Under the pieces are notes generated by a model, which saw only the letters and a program-made list of their open reading frames with translations, made no database searches and had not been told where the DNA came from. 64,000 nucleotides of DNA from Eledone cirrhosa (taxonomy: Eukaryota): positions 58,094,001 to 58,158,000 of the forward strand of contig OZ024740.1 in NCBI GenBank assembly GCA_964016885.1. The letters are read 5' to 3'. The translations under genes and the position numbers were made by a program. Within the stretch, counting starts at the first letter, position 1. Every line of letters begins with the position of its first letter. This document shows, one piece after another, positions 1-11,450 of the stretch.

Positions 1-499
1 GTTATAGTTTTACTTTGGAAATGATTGCACTTGATTAAGTTCGCATAACCCTTATAATTTGTATAAAATATCCTCTTTATTTTTGATAGTGCAGTAAGAT
101 TGCTTATATACCAGATAATGTGTTATCTGAATTGCTAATGACAATTAATTGTTACTTCTTAGCTGCATTATTATTTTCTGTTCAATCTTTAATATTTCAG
201 AAGTTTTAAATTTGTCAATAGTATCAGAATTTAATGATATCAGGAAAAGTGTAGTATTTAAATAGTAATTTAAATAAAATTAGCATGGTTTGGTATTAAC
301 CACTCACATACCCAAATTACTTTGCTCAAAATAATTCAGTTTTGACAAATGTACCCAGTACACTCTGTAGAGTTGTGCTGGTGCTACAAAAATGCACCTA
401 GCACATGCTGTAAAATGATTGGCATTAGAAAAGGTATTTAGCTGTAGAAAGCATGACAAAAATGGGAATGTATGAGTAAGATGTTGCTCTCAAACCTCT

Positions 500-725
500 G
501 TCTCAGACCATGATGACTCATACTAGCATATAAAATGGACATGATCCTTGTGTGAAATGCCAAGAAATCCCAGTAGAAGCCCAAGGAAAACATGGGCAGA
601 AGTTGTGAGAGCTGATCTTAAATTGTTGCAGCTTGAAGAGCTGATGATGAAGGACCCCAATGAGTGGAGGTATGCTGTGCTTGAAAACACTTGCAAGCAT
701 GGAAAAGCTGACATAGAATGATGAT
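500..725 (+). mobile_element. RTE LINE 3' fragment
   Basis: Degenerate KCQEIPV..RPRKTW segment ending cttgcaagcatggaaaagctgacatagaatgatgat, the family 3' tail. Confidence 0.6.
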
Positions 726-3366
726 CGAAAGGGTGGAAGTTCATAAATATAAGTCTTTTATGCATATAATTTGTCCTTTTATTTTCTAACTATCAATAGA
801 AGTAGATAACAATAGATCTTGTTGGTAAAGATAATGCAATAGAAATTTCACAGCATGTTGTTTAAGGAAACAGTTAACATAAAAGAGAATTCCAGTATGG
901 AAATTTCAGATCTTAAACTGCAACTTCAATGAAGTCATAAGGCATAGGTCAAATATCATCTATACGCTTTATTTCAAATTTTCGTGTAATAGCTGTGATG
1001 GCGACTTAATTCATATATGATAAACCTTATATATATCTCAAAACTGATTACTCTTATTGATAAAAATTGCATACTAACCTATAAAAAAAGTTTCTGTTAT
1101 TTCTTTGTTTACAAATATCATCAGCTTAACAACACTGTACAATGTATTGATAAAGCAATCGACTAATTGCAACTGTCATATTATGTGGTAGATATCTATG
1201 TTGGGATCTGCAAAGTAAGGCCTCATTAGGGAAATCTTTCAAATATTCATAATTTTTTTGTAGTTAAAAAATTACTGATCACCTTCTATATTAGGGGACA
1301 TAAAAATTCTTGATTGGGATTTTCATGGAAATTCTTCTGGGGAGTGTTCTACTTTGTTGCTATATCTTCATGAGTTTTAATAGAGTACCAGATTTGTGGC
1401 TAGGTCTCATCCCTTTAGAATTGAAGTTCCTAAATGTAATCCCAAATTCTATTCTGATAGTTTCTTCCCTCACACATCTCACCTATGGAATTCTCATCTG
1501 GCTTCTTACTTTCCTGGCCACTACAATTTGCAAAAATTCAAAAGCAATGTTAATTATCTTCTCTTTCCTTGAATTATGTTCTCTTGGTTTTCTCCTTTTC
1601 CCTTTTCTATAATGCCTTGGATTTTAGTGGTGTTATTGATGTGAGTAAATAAAAAGAAAAAGAAGGAAAAGTGTATACTAAAATACTGATAATTTTAGGT
1701 TGTCCCTCCTATAATATATTGTTTAATTGTTTTAAAGTCAACAAATTATTTCCAGCTGTCAATATGAAGTGTAATAAAATTGTTTTTCACCGAAGGATCA
1801 ACTTAAATTACAAATGAACATTTGAAAGTTTTCACAGATATCAAGTTATTAATAATCAACTGCATAATATGGCAATTGTGATTGGTCAATTGTTTTATTG
1901 GGTCATTGTACAATGTAGTTGATTGGCTGTACAATTTAAGCCCTTAAATTTGTGAATAGAAATTTGGAAATAGTTAGAATAGTGGATCTATAATGAAAAA
2001 ATTAAATAAATTATAAACAAATATATTTAGAAACAGTTTGACAGAAGTTCTGAGTTAAGAGCATGGTTCTATGCATAACATTCATTGAAATGGTCTTTGA
2101 CTGAGCACTATATTCTGTAGTCTGAACACTTAGTCAGGTATGCACCAGGGCTCTGTTCTCAGCACTTTTCTGTTTATTAGAATTCACCAGTCCCAGTTGT
2201 CCATGACTTACTTTCTATTATCAAAATCTATTAAAAAAACTAGAGAAGAAAATCTAAACATTGCCCGAAATCCACTACTCTCCCTCTCTCTTTGTGTGAA
2301 ACCGTTGACATAGATCCATTTTTTTCACTCATGCTCACTCACTCATTTATGCTCACTCATGTTTACACATACACATAATTTTGTAAGTGAAAATATTGGT
2401 ATCTTTTATGCGTATTTGTAGAGTTTAGACATGTTTAAATATTGATGTATTGATGTTCTGTCATGTCTTTTAATTGTTTGCGACATGAGAAGAGGAAAAA
2501 TTTACAAAGGTTTAGCTTCCTCTTTACCCATGCTACACATAGGTTCAGTAAATAGTCAATTACTTAACCTTTCATGGTTGGTTGTGCAGATGTGCATATC
2601 AGCAGGAAATCAGATGTATTGACTTTTTGTAACAGCAAGGTGAAATGAAAAGTATTAACTAAAGTGTTTTGCCAAGAACCACTACAACATGCATCATAAC
2701 TGTACAAGGAAGCCTTTACAGGATTGCTGAACCTGCTAGTATTAGCAGCAACATTTCACTTGCATCAAACCCCATAAAATAAAAACATTAGATAATGTAG
2801 TCCTACAGTGATTAAAGATGGTAGAATAGTCTTTGGTCTATTCTGCCATGGTTGATTTGGAGGTGGTGTTCAACAACAGAAACAAAATGTATCAGATTTA
2901 AACTTGCAGCCCATCCACTTAATAATCTCACTTTTAATTGTATCAATTATAAGAATAAGTTATAGTTTGATACCACCCCACCCACGGTTCTATGATTTAA
3001 AACTGTTTGTTTTAAACTGATTATATTTATCATAATTTTATGTAAGAAGCTTTGTTTTAAACACCAACTTAATGAAAAAGTTGGTTATATTGCAAAATCC
3101 TTCCAAATTCTTGATTATTTTTAAAATCATTTGAAAATCATGATAAATATTGTAATGAAAGGGTTAGAATTAACATAACACTGCACACAATAACTTTCTC
3201 TCAAACCTCAAATTGCTTATATATCAATAATTCTTACACCTGACAAAAAATAAAAAAAAAAGTATAGCTAACTACACACACATACACACTATAATATACG
3301 TATGAATATAGAAAATATACTGATATTCTTTTTTTAAAATTAACAAGAGTATTTGCTAATTTTCAG

Positions 3367-3455
3367 GTTCTCTGTCGAGTTTGGGTTAGAAGTGGTTACG
3401 GAACCGAAAGTTTCAAAAATATCATTTGGTTTGAAAAGATCAAGAAGAAAATTTG
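3367..3455 (+). CDS. SPO11: SPO11 internal coding exon A (89 nt)
   Basis: ttttcag acceptor and gtaatt donor. Reads (x)FSVEFGLEVVTEPKVSKISFGLKRSRRKF(G), fitting the SPO11 region just upstream of the winged-helix catalytic segment. Phase joins exon B (G+GT=Gly). Less conserved than the other exons. Confidence 0.8.
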
Positions 3456-4081
3456 GTAATTAGTTTATCTATTGATTCTTTGAATTTATTTTCATTAACA
3501 TAAGATTGTAATGTAGGTGTTCTGCAATGTAGATAACCACATAATGTAATTTGACAGAATTCCATTTGTATTGTCTCATAAATGACAGATGATATTAAGT
3601 TCTATCATGAAATTTCTTTTAGTACATTTTCTGTTGGAAGATATTTGTTGAGGGTTTATTTATTTATCATTTATTTTCTCTCATATATGTTGGTGCCTTA
3701 AAGATGTTGATTAATTTATCTGTGTTTCAATCTCTTTATCAAGATAATCAGGAAAAAAAATGTAAAAAATTCAACTTGCATATGTTCAATCTGATATTTT
3801 TGCATATATAGACTGGATGAAATTGTTATGACAGAAAGATTAAATTCCCTATAATTTAATTATTTTTCTGAAATTTTGTAGATATAAACCAATGCACTGA
3901 ATAAATGAATATTTTACAATCTTTTCTATAAATTTATGAAGAAATTGTTAAGCATATAAATGAAGATAAAAAATATCTTTATTTGAAGAAAAAATTACAA
4001 TATTACAATATATATTTCCCAGCCTTTGATCGATTATGATTTTTGATTCCATTGCATGCATCTTTGAATAAGATTTTTCAC

Positions 4082-4327
4082 TTAACCCCGATTCAATAAC
4101 AAACCACCTAAAGCCACCCTTGTTCTATGATATAAAACTTTATTTTAAAGTGTTTATATTTATCTAAAAAACCTCCATCATAAAAAAGATTCTTAAATAA
4201 AATTATGTTATGTACTAAGCATCAAATAAATCATGAGAAGTTAGTTATATTACTAAATCCCTCTAAAATTTTGATTATTTTCAAATTAATTTGAAATTCA
4301 TTAGAAATATGGTAACAAAAGGGTTAA
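4082..4327. mobile_element. TTAA-flanked MITE family 2 (degenerate)
   Basis: ttaacccc...ggtaacaaaagggttaa. Related pieces near 2965-3166, 4665-4870, 8130-8360, 30089-30340 and 33712-33922. Confidence 0.55.
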
Positions 4328-5239
4328 CAGGACTTTACGTTCTTTCTTGTGATCATAATTGTAGAATTAAGGTAAATATGGCAATTTAGTTATACTGGAT
4401 TTTCCAAATAACTTACTTAGGTTTATGATGGGTTGTCTAAGTAAAAATAAATAGGGCTCTTGCAAATTTTTGCAAGTACATCTATAAAGATTTGTCTGTT
4501 AAGGTCAATCAAATTTATAGAGATTTCAAAAAACAACACACATATGATTCTTTTTAATTTTGGAAATTGAAAATATTTTATATCTTCCACATTGAATACA
4601 AAATGGAAATATCATGTAAAATATCTTCTTCTTCATCTTAAGAGGGTGAAATATAGGGTAAAATGTAACACTTTCGTTACCATATTTCTAATAAAAAACA
4701 CTGCCAATATACTTCAGTCGATTTTGAAATAATCAAGAATTTCAAGAGATTTAGAAATATAAGTAACTTCCTTATTATTTAACTGTTGTTTGGGATGTAA
4801 CTTGACAAAGGTTCTTACAGGAAATTATGGTAGAAGGTTTTTGAATGTAAAGTTTCAGGCCATTTGGCATAAAAAAATAGAATTAGAAAAAAAAAATAGT
4901 TTTGTTTTAATAAGTTCTTGTAGGATAGTTGTCACTAGAAATATAATTCATAAATCCATTCAGAAACTCTAATTCTATGAACAATGCAAAAGATTAGTCA
5001 ATTAACGACATGATTTGTGCTGTTTAATTATACACCTGTAAATGGATTTGATAACTGTACTATCAGAAATTACATTAATTTTTTTTTTAATCCTTTAGCA
5101 TTTACATTACTCTATATATACTATTGTATTTTTGTGGGAAAGGCTTTATCTTATTTATCTCCCATAATATTGAATCTACGAGATTTTTGATGTTATTTAT
5201 TTTGAGAACAATATCTTAAAGTCAGTATGAGCGGCTGAG

Positions 5240-5370
5240 AAACACCAGGACTCTGGCTTTACTGTAGCACTGGCTCAGAGAAGGAGAGTTAAGGCTAAAA
5301 AGATATCAGATGCTGAATTTGCTGATGACTTAGTTCTGGTGACAAACACAGTGAAGGAGGCAGAGGAGTT
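5240..5370 (+). mobile_element. Non-LTR RT fragment interrupting a partial MITE (5087-5240)
   Basis: Translates HQDSGFTVALAQRRRVKAKKISDAEFADDLVLVTNTVKEAEE, with the RT FADD motif. Confidence 0.65.
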
Positions 5371-5643
5371 ATAGATATATATAAATATACAAATGCACAT
5401 GGTATGTTATAGTTGATCATTAAGTGTTCAAAACAAACATTTGTGAAAAGAATATCATAACAGTCAAGTAAGTTGAAGTGACACTAACATATATCCTTTT
5501 ACATTTTGTAGTCTGTAAGATACACATAGATACATGCATGTGTGATTGCAGAAGTGAGTGTGATACTAATGCAGAAACAAATGCCAATGTCCACTTGTTA
5601 TAAGAATTAACATAATATTGTTTATTACCTTTAGTAAAACATG

Positions 5644-5871
5644 TTAACCCTTTAGCATTTACATTACTGTATATTTACTATTATATTTCCATGGTAAAGG
5701 CTTTACCTCACATAATTGTCTTGCATAATATGGAATCTTTGAGATTTTGATATTATTTACTTTAAGAACAATACCTTAATATCAATATGAGCAGCCGGTT
5801 ACAGCCAGTTTGAAGAGAAAGAGGTGAGAGAATTCTGGCCAAATATGGTCGTTTAAATGCTAAAGGGTTAA
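5644..5871. mobile_element. piggyBac-type MITE family 1
   Basis: TTAA-CCCTTTAGCATTTA ... TAAATGCTAAAGGG-TTAA: terminal inverted repeats with a TTAA target duplication. Four copies in the window. Confidence 0.85.
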
Positions 5872-6714
5872 GATATTCAGAGAAGGGAGAGTAAGGCTTA
5901 TGACATTTTCAGGCCTTCCAAGGCAGGAGAGATTAAGTAGATATTCACCTTGAACATCTGTAGATCAATGTCGATAGGAAATCTGAAGTTATTGGAGAGA
6001 TTTCCAAAGTGTTACAGTGCCAAGGAAGTAGTAGTGGTATGCAAACTGCTTAATGTAGGGAGGATCTTGGAGGTGTGACAGTGAGAATGACAAGAGAAGG
6101 AAAGATGGGTTGATTAGGTTAGGGTGGAAACAGTAGACAGCTAGCTAGTTTAGTGGACTAGAAGCCCTTTTGGTAGTGATAAAGAAGAGAGAAAAGAACA
6201 GCATAGTTGAGGTTGGCATGCTGGTGATCCTTCCCTATGAGTCAAATTACCTTCTTTTGAATGCTGCTAGGGATGTTAGTGTGCATAACAGAGGCACTGT
6301 CACATAGATGTGAGAAGTACTCATATGTGGGTTTTACTTGAAATTTGTATTGATACAGTAGCTGATCAGAGCTGAAGTAGGAATCCTAGTTTTTGTGGTG
6401 CCCTTGTATGATATATATATGTAGGGTGGTAAGGAGAGCATTAAACATTGGGAGGTTTAGTATTTGTAGTGACCTTGAGGTTTAATTGTGAGCTTAATTT
6501 GAAAGTGTGAGATACATGACTGCTTTCATGATATGAATAGTGAAATAGTGATTGAATCTTTACGCTGTTTGAAATCAAGACTCCTTTCAAGGTGTCTTTC
6601 TATTCATGGATTCAATGTATATCTGATATGAGGTGTTTAAATTGAATGTAGATGACAAATATATTCTGAAAGTTAATGCGTAATAAAGCATAGCACTATC
6701 TGTATAGAAGTAGT

Positions 6715-7192
6715 TTAACTCTTTAGCATTTACATTACTCTATATATACTATTATTGTGGTCATGACCGGGTGATGTGTTGTTTCCTTGAGCAAGACACT
6801 TTATTTCACATTGCTCCAGTTTACTCAGCTGTAGAAATGAGATGATAGGGATTGGGGTTCATATCATTCCACTGCAAAGTGGACGTGTAGGCGCCACGGC
6901 AAAAAAGCACCCAGCACTCACTGTAAATGAGGTTGGTGTTAGGAAGGGCATCCAGCTGTAGAAATCAAACCAGAATCAGTTCCTGTCCCACCCTTGCAAC
7001 CAGGGAAAAGCGGATGTAAAATGATGATGATGGCATTACCTCACATAATATCAAATCTATGAGATTTTGATATTATTTATTTTGAGAACAATACCTTAAC
7101 ATCAGTATGAGTGGATGGTTATAGCTGGTTTGAACAGAAAGAGTTGAGAGAATTCTGATTGAATATCGCTAGTTTAAATGCTAAAGGATTAA
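6715..7192. mobile_element. piggyBac-type MITE family 1 with nested SINE
   Basis: Same TIRs (ttaactctttagcattta / taaatgctaaaggattaa) and internal sequence as 5644-5871, interrupted by a SINE. Confidence 0.8.
6765..7032 (+). mobile_element. 5'-truncated SINE with RTE-derived tail
   Basis: Closely matches 54421-54637. Ends cccttgcaaccagggaaaagcggatgtaaaatgatgatgatg. Confidence 0.85.
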
Positions 7193-7289
7193 TATAGAGA
7201 AGGAAGAGTGTAGAGAAGCTGTTCTGTATTCCAGATATTAATAGTTAAGCCCTAAAGGAACAAATAATTTTCTAATTTCTTTTATTATT

Positions 7290-7640
7290 TTATTGGTTTT
7301 AGTCATTAGACTGTGGCCATACATTAGACTGGTACTGCTTTGAAAGTTGTCTTTAGTCTATTATATTGACCCCAGTAATTATTTTTCTGAGTCTGGTATT
7401 TATTTTGATCTCCTTTTGTCAAACCATTAAGTTCCTGGATATGAACAAAGACATAGGGTCATTCACGCACACTCGCCTACAATAAGCTTCCACACAGTTT
7501 CTGTTAGAAAATTTCTTTCACAAAGTATTAATCAATCTGAAGCTATAGTAGAAGACACTTGCCCAAAGTGTCACACAGTGGGACTGAACGTGAAACCAGG
7601 TATTGCAAAGTGAACTCCTTAACCACACAGCCATTGTCCT
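7290..7640 (-). mobile_element. tRNA-derived CORE-like SINE (second family, degenerate)
   Basis: Minus strand: tggctgtgtggttaag (A box), gttcagtccc (B box), then ttgggcaagtgtcttctactatagc core-like segment. Confidence 0.7.
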
Positions 7641-9199
7641 CAGCAAGTGGTGTCCCAAATCATTACTTTGCTTTTGACTTGAGTGGATAAAGAATCTGTT
7701 ACTGACCTGGAGTTGTGTGTTCTCTCTATTGTTTTCCAACTAAAGCTGCTAATATCATTGAGAGCAATCTGAATGAGACAAGTGAGCAAATGTGTACTCT
7801 GCTTGTGCAGGTATTGAAAACCCAATGTTTCATCTAGAGCATACACTTCAAGATATATCAAGTAACAGAGCTAAAGGGTTATTTTAAAACAACAAATAAA
7901 GCTCCTCTTATGGTCCTTTCCTGCATCCAGTTCTAAAGGAATAACATATTTAAAGCTCTGTATTAGACTAATTATTAAGTTGCTCTATGATGTGTATTTG
8001 ACAACAGTAACCCAGAACTTCAATAGGCTTATAAAATGTGGCAGATTATCCCTAGCCTGGTAAATGGTCATGACTATGTAACTTACATAACCAGAAACAA
8101 TTTGATATATCTCTTTTGACAACAGCAATTAACACTTTCATCACTTTATTTCAAATGAAATATTTTGTATTTTAATCATATAATGAAGAGATTGGGAAGG
8201 ATTGACTAAAATTATAATTCCTTTAATAAGGTATTTGTAACACTACAAAATGTCTCATATAAAATTATGCTGGAAGGTTCTAATTTTAGTAGGTACCCTT
8301 TAAAATGGATGGTTCTGCTTCATAAAAACAAAGGTATTTTGAGGTGTGTTGGTATCAAGACTTAAAATGTTCTGTATGTTCATATTAAGCAAGTTATTGA
8401 ATTTCTGGATAACATGCATATGCTTGTGATATAAAATATATGTTCATTATATCTTATGTATATCTTATATTACATTACATACTTACTTACATACATAGAT
8501 TAAAAGAAAAGAAAAAATAACCCTAATGTATTTCATTCAAAAGATGCCTAAATAACCAATAAATGATCAGATTATTGTTGTAACTATACAACATAGCATA
8601 AAACAGATTAGTGTTCTATTCATGCTTTTAAATTGATATATCCGTCTGACCTATGGTAGCATGGAAAATGGATGTTAAAACAATGATGGTGATGATGATG
8701 ATGATGATGATGATGAAATCATCAAATACCAAGAGTGAATTCTATAGAATCTGTAACTATTTCTTGGTTATACAAAATTGTGAATCGATCAATGCCACCT
8801 TAAATTAGCTAAACAACAAAGGAAATATATATAAACCCTTGATTATAGTATTTTCTATAATATAACAGTAAGTTAATTGATAAATTAAACAAACTAATAG
8901 CTTTTGCATTGAAATATAGAAATAAAAATTAGGTTTGATTTTCTTTTTACTGAAATAGATACTGAAGTAATATAGTAAAACAAAAAAGGCTTATTAAATT
9001 CACTGAAATCAGTAACAGAACATCTTATATATGAAAATGCTACAGTATTATTATAAATACTTGTATATAATCAATTGTTTTACTGACCAAATATGTAATA
9101 TGTGGTTTCTTCACCAAACTTTAATAGTTATGTTTATGAATTACACACATCTATATATAATGTAGAAAATGTTTTAAGAAGGCTAAGACAATGCAAAAT

Positions 9200-9915
9200 G
9201 GACTATGGACCACTATGAGGAGGGGTGGCCAGTTGGCTGCAGGAAATCCATCACACAACACTATCACAGTTTTGGGGCCTGGTACTGGATGACACCACCA
9301 TGAGGAGGGACAGGTGTGGAACCACAGTTTGGGAGGCTGGCATTGGATGGCACCACTATGAGGAGGGACTGGCCAGTTGGCTGCGCCAAACCCTTCTCAC
9401 AAGACACCCCAGTGTCAAAGCCAGGCACTCTCCACGAGACAGGCACTTCTCAATACGAAATCAGACTCTGGCAGCCTGAGACTGGATGGCACCACTATGA
9501 GGAGGGTCAGGCCAGTTGACCATGCCAAACCCTTCACACACCAGACCCTCAGTTCAGGTATTGGATGCAACGTGAATCCACTTTGAGGAAGGACAGGCCA
9601 GTTGGCCACGCCAAACCCATCTCACAGTGGCACACCAGTTTCAGAGCTGGGCCCTCTCAAGCAACGAACCCTTCTCAGTACAAAACCACCTTTTGGAGGG
9701 GCCTGGCGTTTGATGGCACTACTATGCAAAGAGGCCATTGGAACCCAGTACTGAATCGCACCGATACGAGGAGCCTAACCCATCTCATAGCGTAGCCGTG
9801 GCTTCATGGCCCAGTATCGGAAGAATAGGCCAGCTGGCTGTGCCGAAACCACCACACAGCATAGCCATAATTGAGGGGCCTAGATACTGGATAACGGCGC
9901 AATGAGGAAGGATAG
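9200..9915 (+). repeat. GC-richer irregular repeat array, core GGATGGCACCACTATGAGGAGGG
   Basis: About 8 diverged copies (near 9205, 9287, 9346, 9484, 9576, 9712, 9753, 9889), several followed by GGCCAGTTGGC..GCCAAACCC, at variable spacing. Confidence 0.75.
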
Positions 9916-10139
9916 GTGAAGGACTGCAGTATGGGAGCTGGGCCCAAAGCAGAAACATTTTTTATTTTGCTAAGGGACAGGCCAATTTGACTGCCCCCCC
10001 CCCCCCCCCCCCCCCACCAACGGCGCCTCAGTTCGAGGTATGGTACTCCATGCAATGCACTCTTCTCAGTATGAAACTACCTTTTGAGGGGAGGGGGGCT
10101 GGGGCTTTGGATGGCACCATAATGCTGTTTCAACCAGAC

Positions 10140-11450
10140 TTATGGATCACCATGAGGTTTGCCCCTGTTTAGCTGACGTAGCTGCTATTTCTAACACACC
10201 TATGGACCACCATGCAGTTACCCCTATTTAGCTGTTATTTCTAGTAAACGTATAGCCCACCAGTAGGTTCCCCTATTTAGCTGCTATTTCTAGCATGGTT
10301 CCCCCTGTTTAGCTGATGTAGCTGCTATGTCTAGCACATCTATGGACCACCATCAGGTTCCCCAAATTTAGCTACTCTTTCTAGCACACCTATGGACCAC
10401 CATGAAGTTCCCCTGTTTAGCTGATGTAGCTGCTATTTCGTGCACACCTTTGGTCCACCATGAGGTCCTCCCCTATTTAGCTGCTATTTCTAGCATACCT
10501 AAGGACCACTATGCGGTTCGCCCTATTTACCTGCTATTTCTATCATACTTATGGACCACGAAAGGTTCCCCCTATTTAGCTGCTATTTCTAGCACACTTA
10601 TGGACCACCATGAGGTCCTCCTATTAGCTGCTAGTTCTAGCACACTTATGGACCACTACGAGGTTCCCCTATTTAGCTGCTATTTCTAGCACACCTATGG
10701 ACCACCCTTGTTTAGCTGATGTAGCTGCTCTTTCTAGCACACCTATGGAACACCATGAGGTTCATTTTGGCACACTTATGGACCACCACGAGGTCCCCCT
10801 TTTTTAGCTGATGTAGCTGCTATTCTTAGCACACCTATGGACCACAATGGGGTTTTCCCTATTTAGCTGTTATTTCTACTAAATGTATGGACCACCATTA
10901 GGCTCTTCTATTTAGCTGCTATTTCTAGCACACCTATTGACCACTGAGGTTCCTCCTATTTAGCTGCTATTTCTAGCTTACCTATGGACCACCATGCGGT
11001 TCCCCATGCTTAGCTGATCTAGCTGCTATTTCTAGCGCACCTATGGACCACCATTAGGTTCCCTCCTATTTATCTACTATTTCTAGCACACTTTTGGGCA
11101 ACTATGAGGTTCCTTCTTTTTGGCTGATGTAGCTGCTATTTTGTGTGCACCTTTGGTCCACTATGAGATTTCCCCTATTTACCTGCTATTCTATCAAATT
11201 TATGGATCACCATAAAGTTCCCCTATTTATCTGCTATTTCTAGCACACCTATGGATCACCATAAGATTCCCCCTATTTAGCTATTTTAGCACACTTATGG
11301 ACCACCATGAGGTTCTCCTTGTTTAGCTACTGTAGCTGCTATTTCTAGCACACCTATGGACCACCATGAGGTTCCTATTATTTAGCTGCTATTTCTAGCA
11401 TACCTATGGACCACCATGAAGTTCTCTTTGTTTAGCTAATGTAGCTGCTT
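10140..11450 (+). repeat. Tandem satellite of ~50-bp and ~59-bp units
   Basis: About 25 units of CCTATTTAGCTGCTATTTCTAGCACACCTATGGACCACCATGAGGTTCCC. The long variant has CCTGTTTAGCTGATGTAGCTGCT (9-nt insert). Confidence 0.95.

Noticed and set aside
1310-1612. 100-aa hydrophobic ORF
   Set aside because: TTG start, T-rich composition, no recognisable motif or splice context.
1-3366. Upstream SPO11 exons or promoter
   Set aside because: No convincing phase-compatible SPO11-like exon found by eye; probably upstream of the window.
10402-10689. Repetitive 95-aa ORF
   Set aside because: Translation of the satellite. Unit lengths are not multiples of three and the frame is not maintained.
9200-11450. 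CRISPR array
   Set aside because: Eukaryotic context, no cas genes, degenerate repeats, and spacers that are either related to each other or absent.
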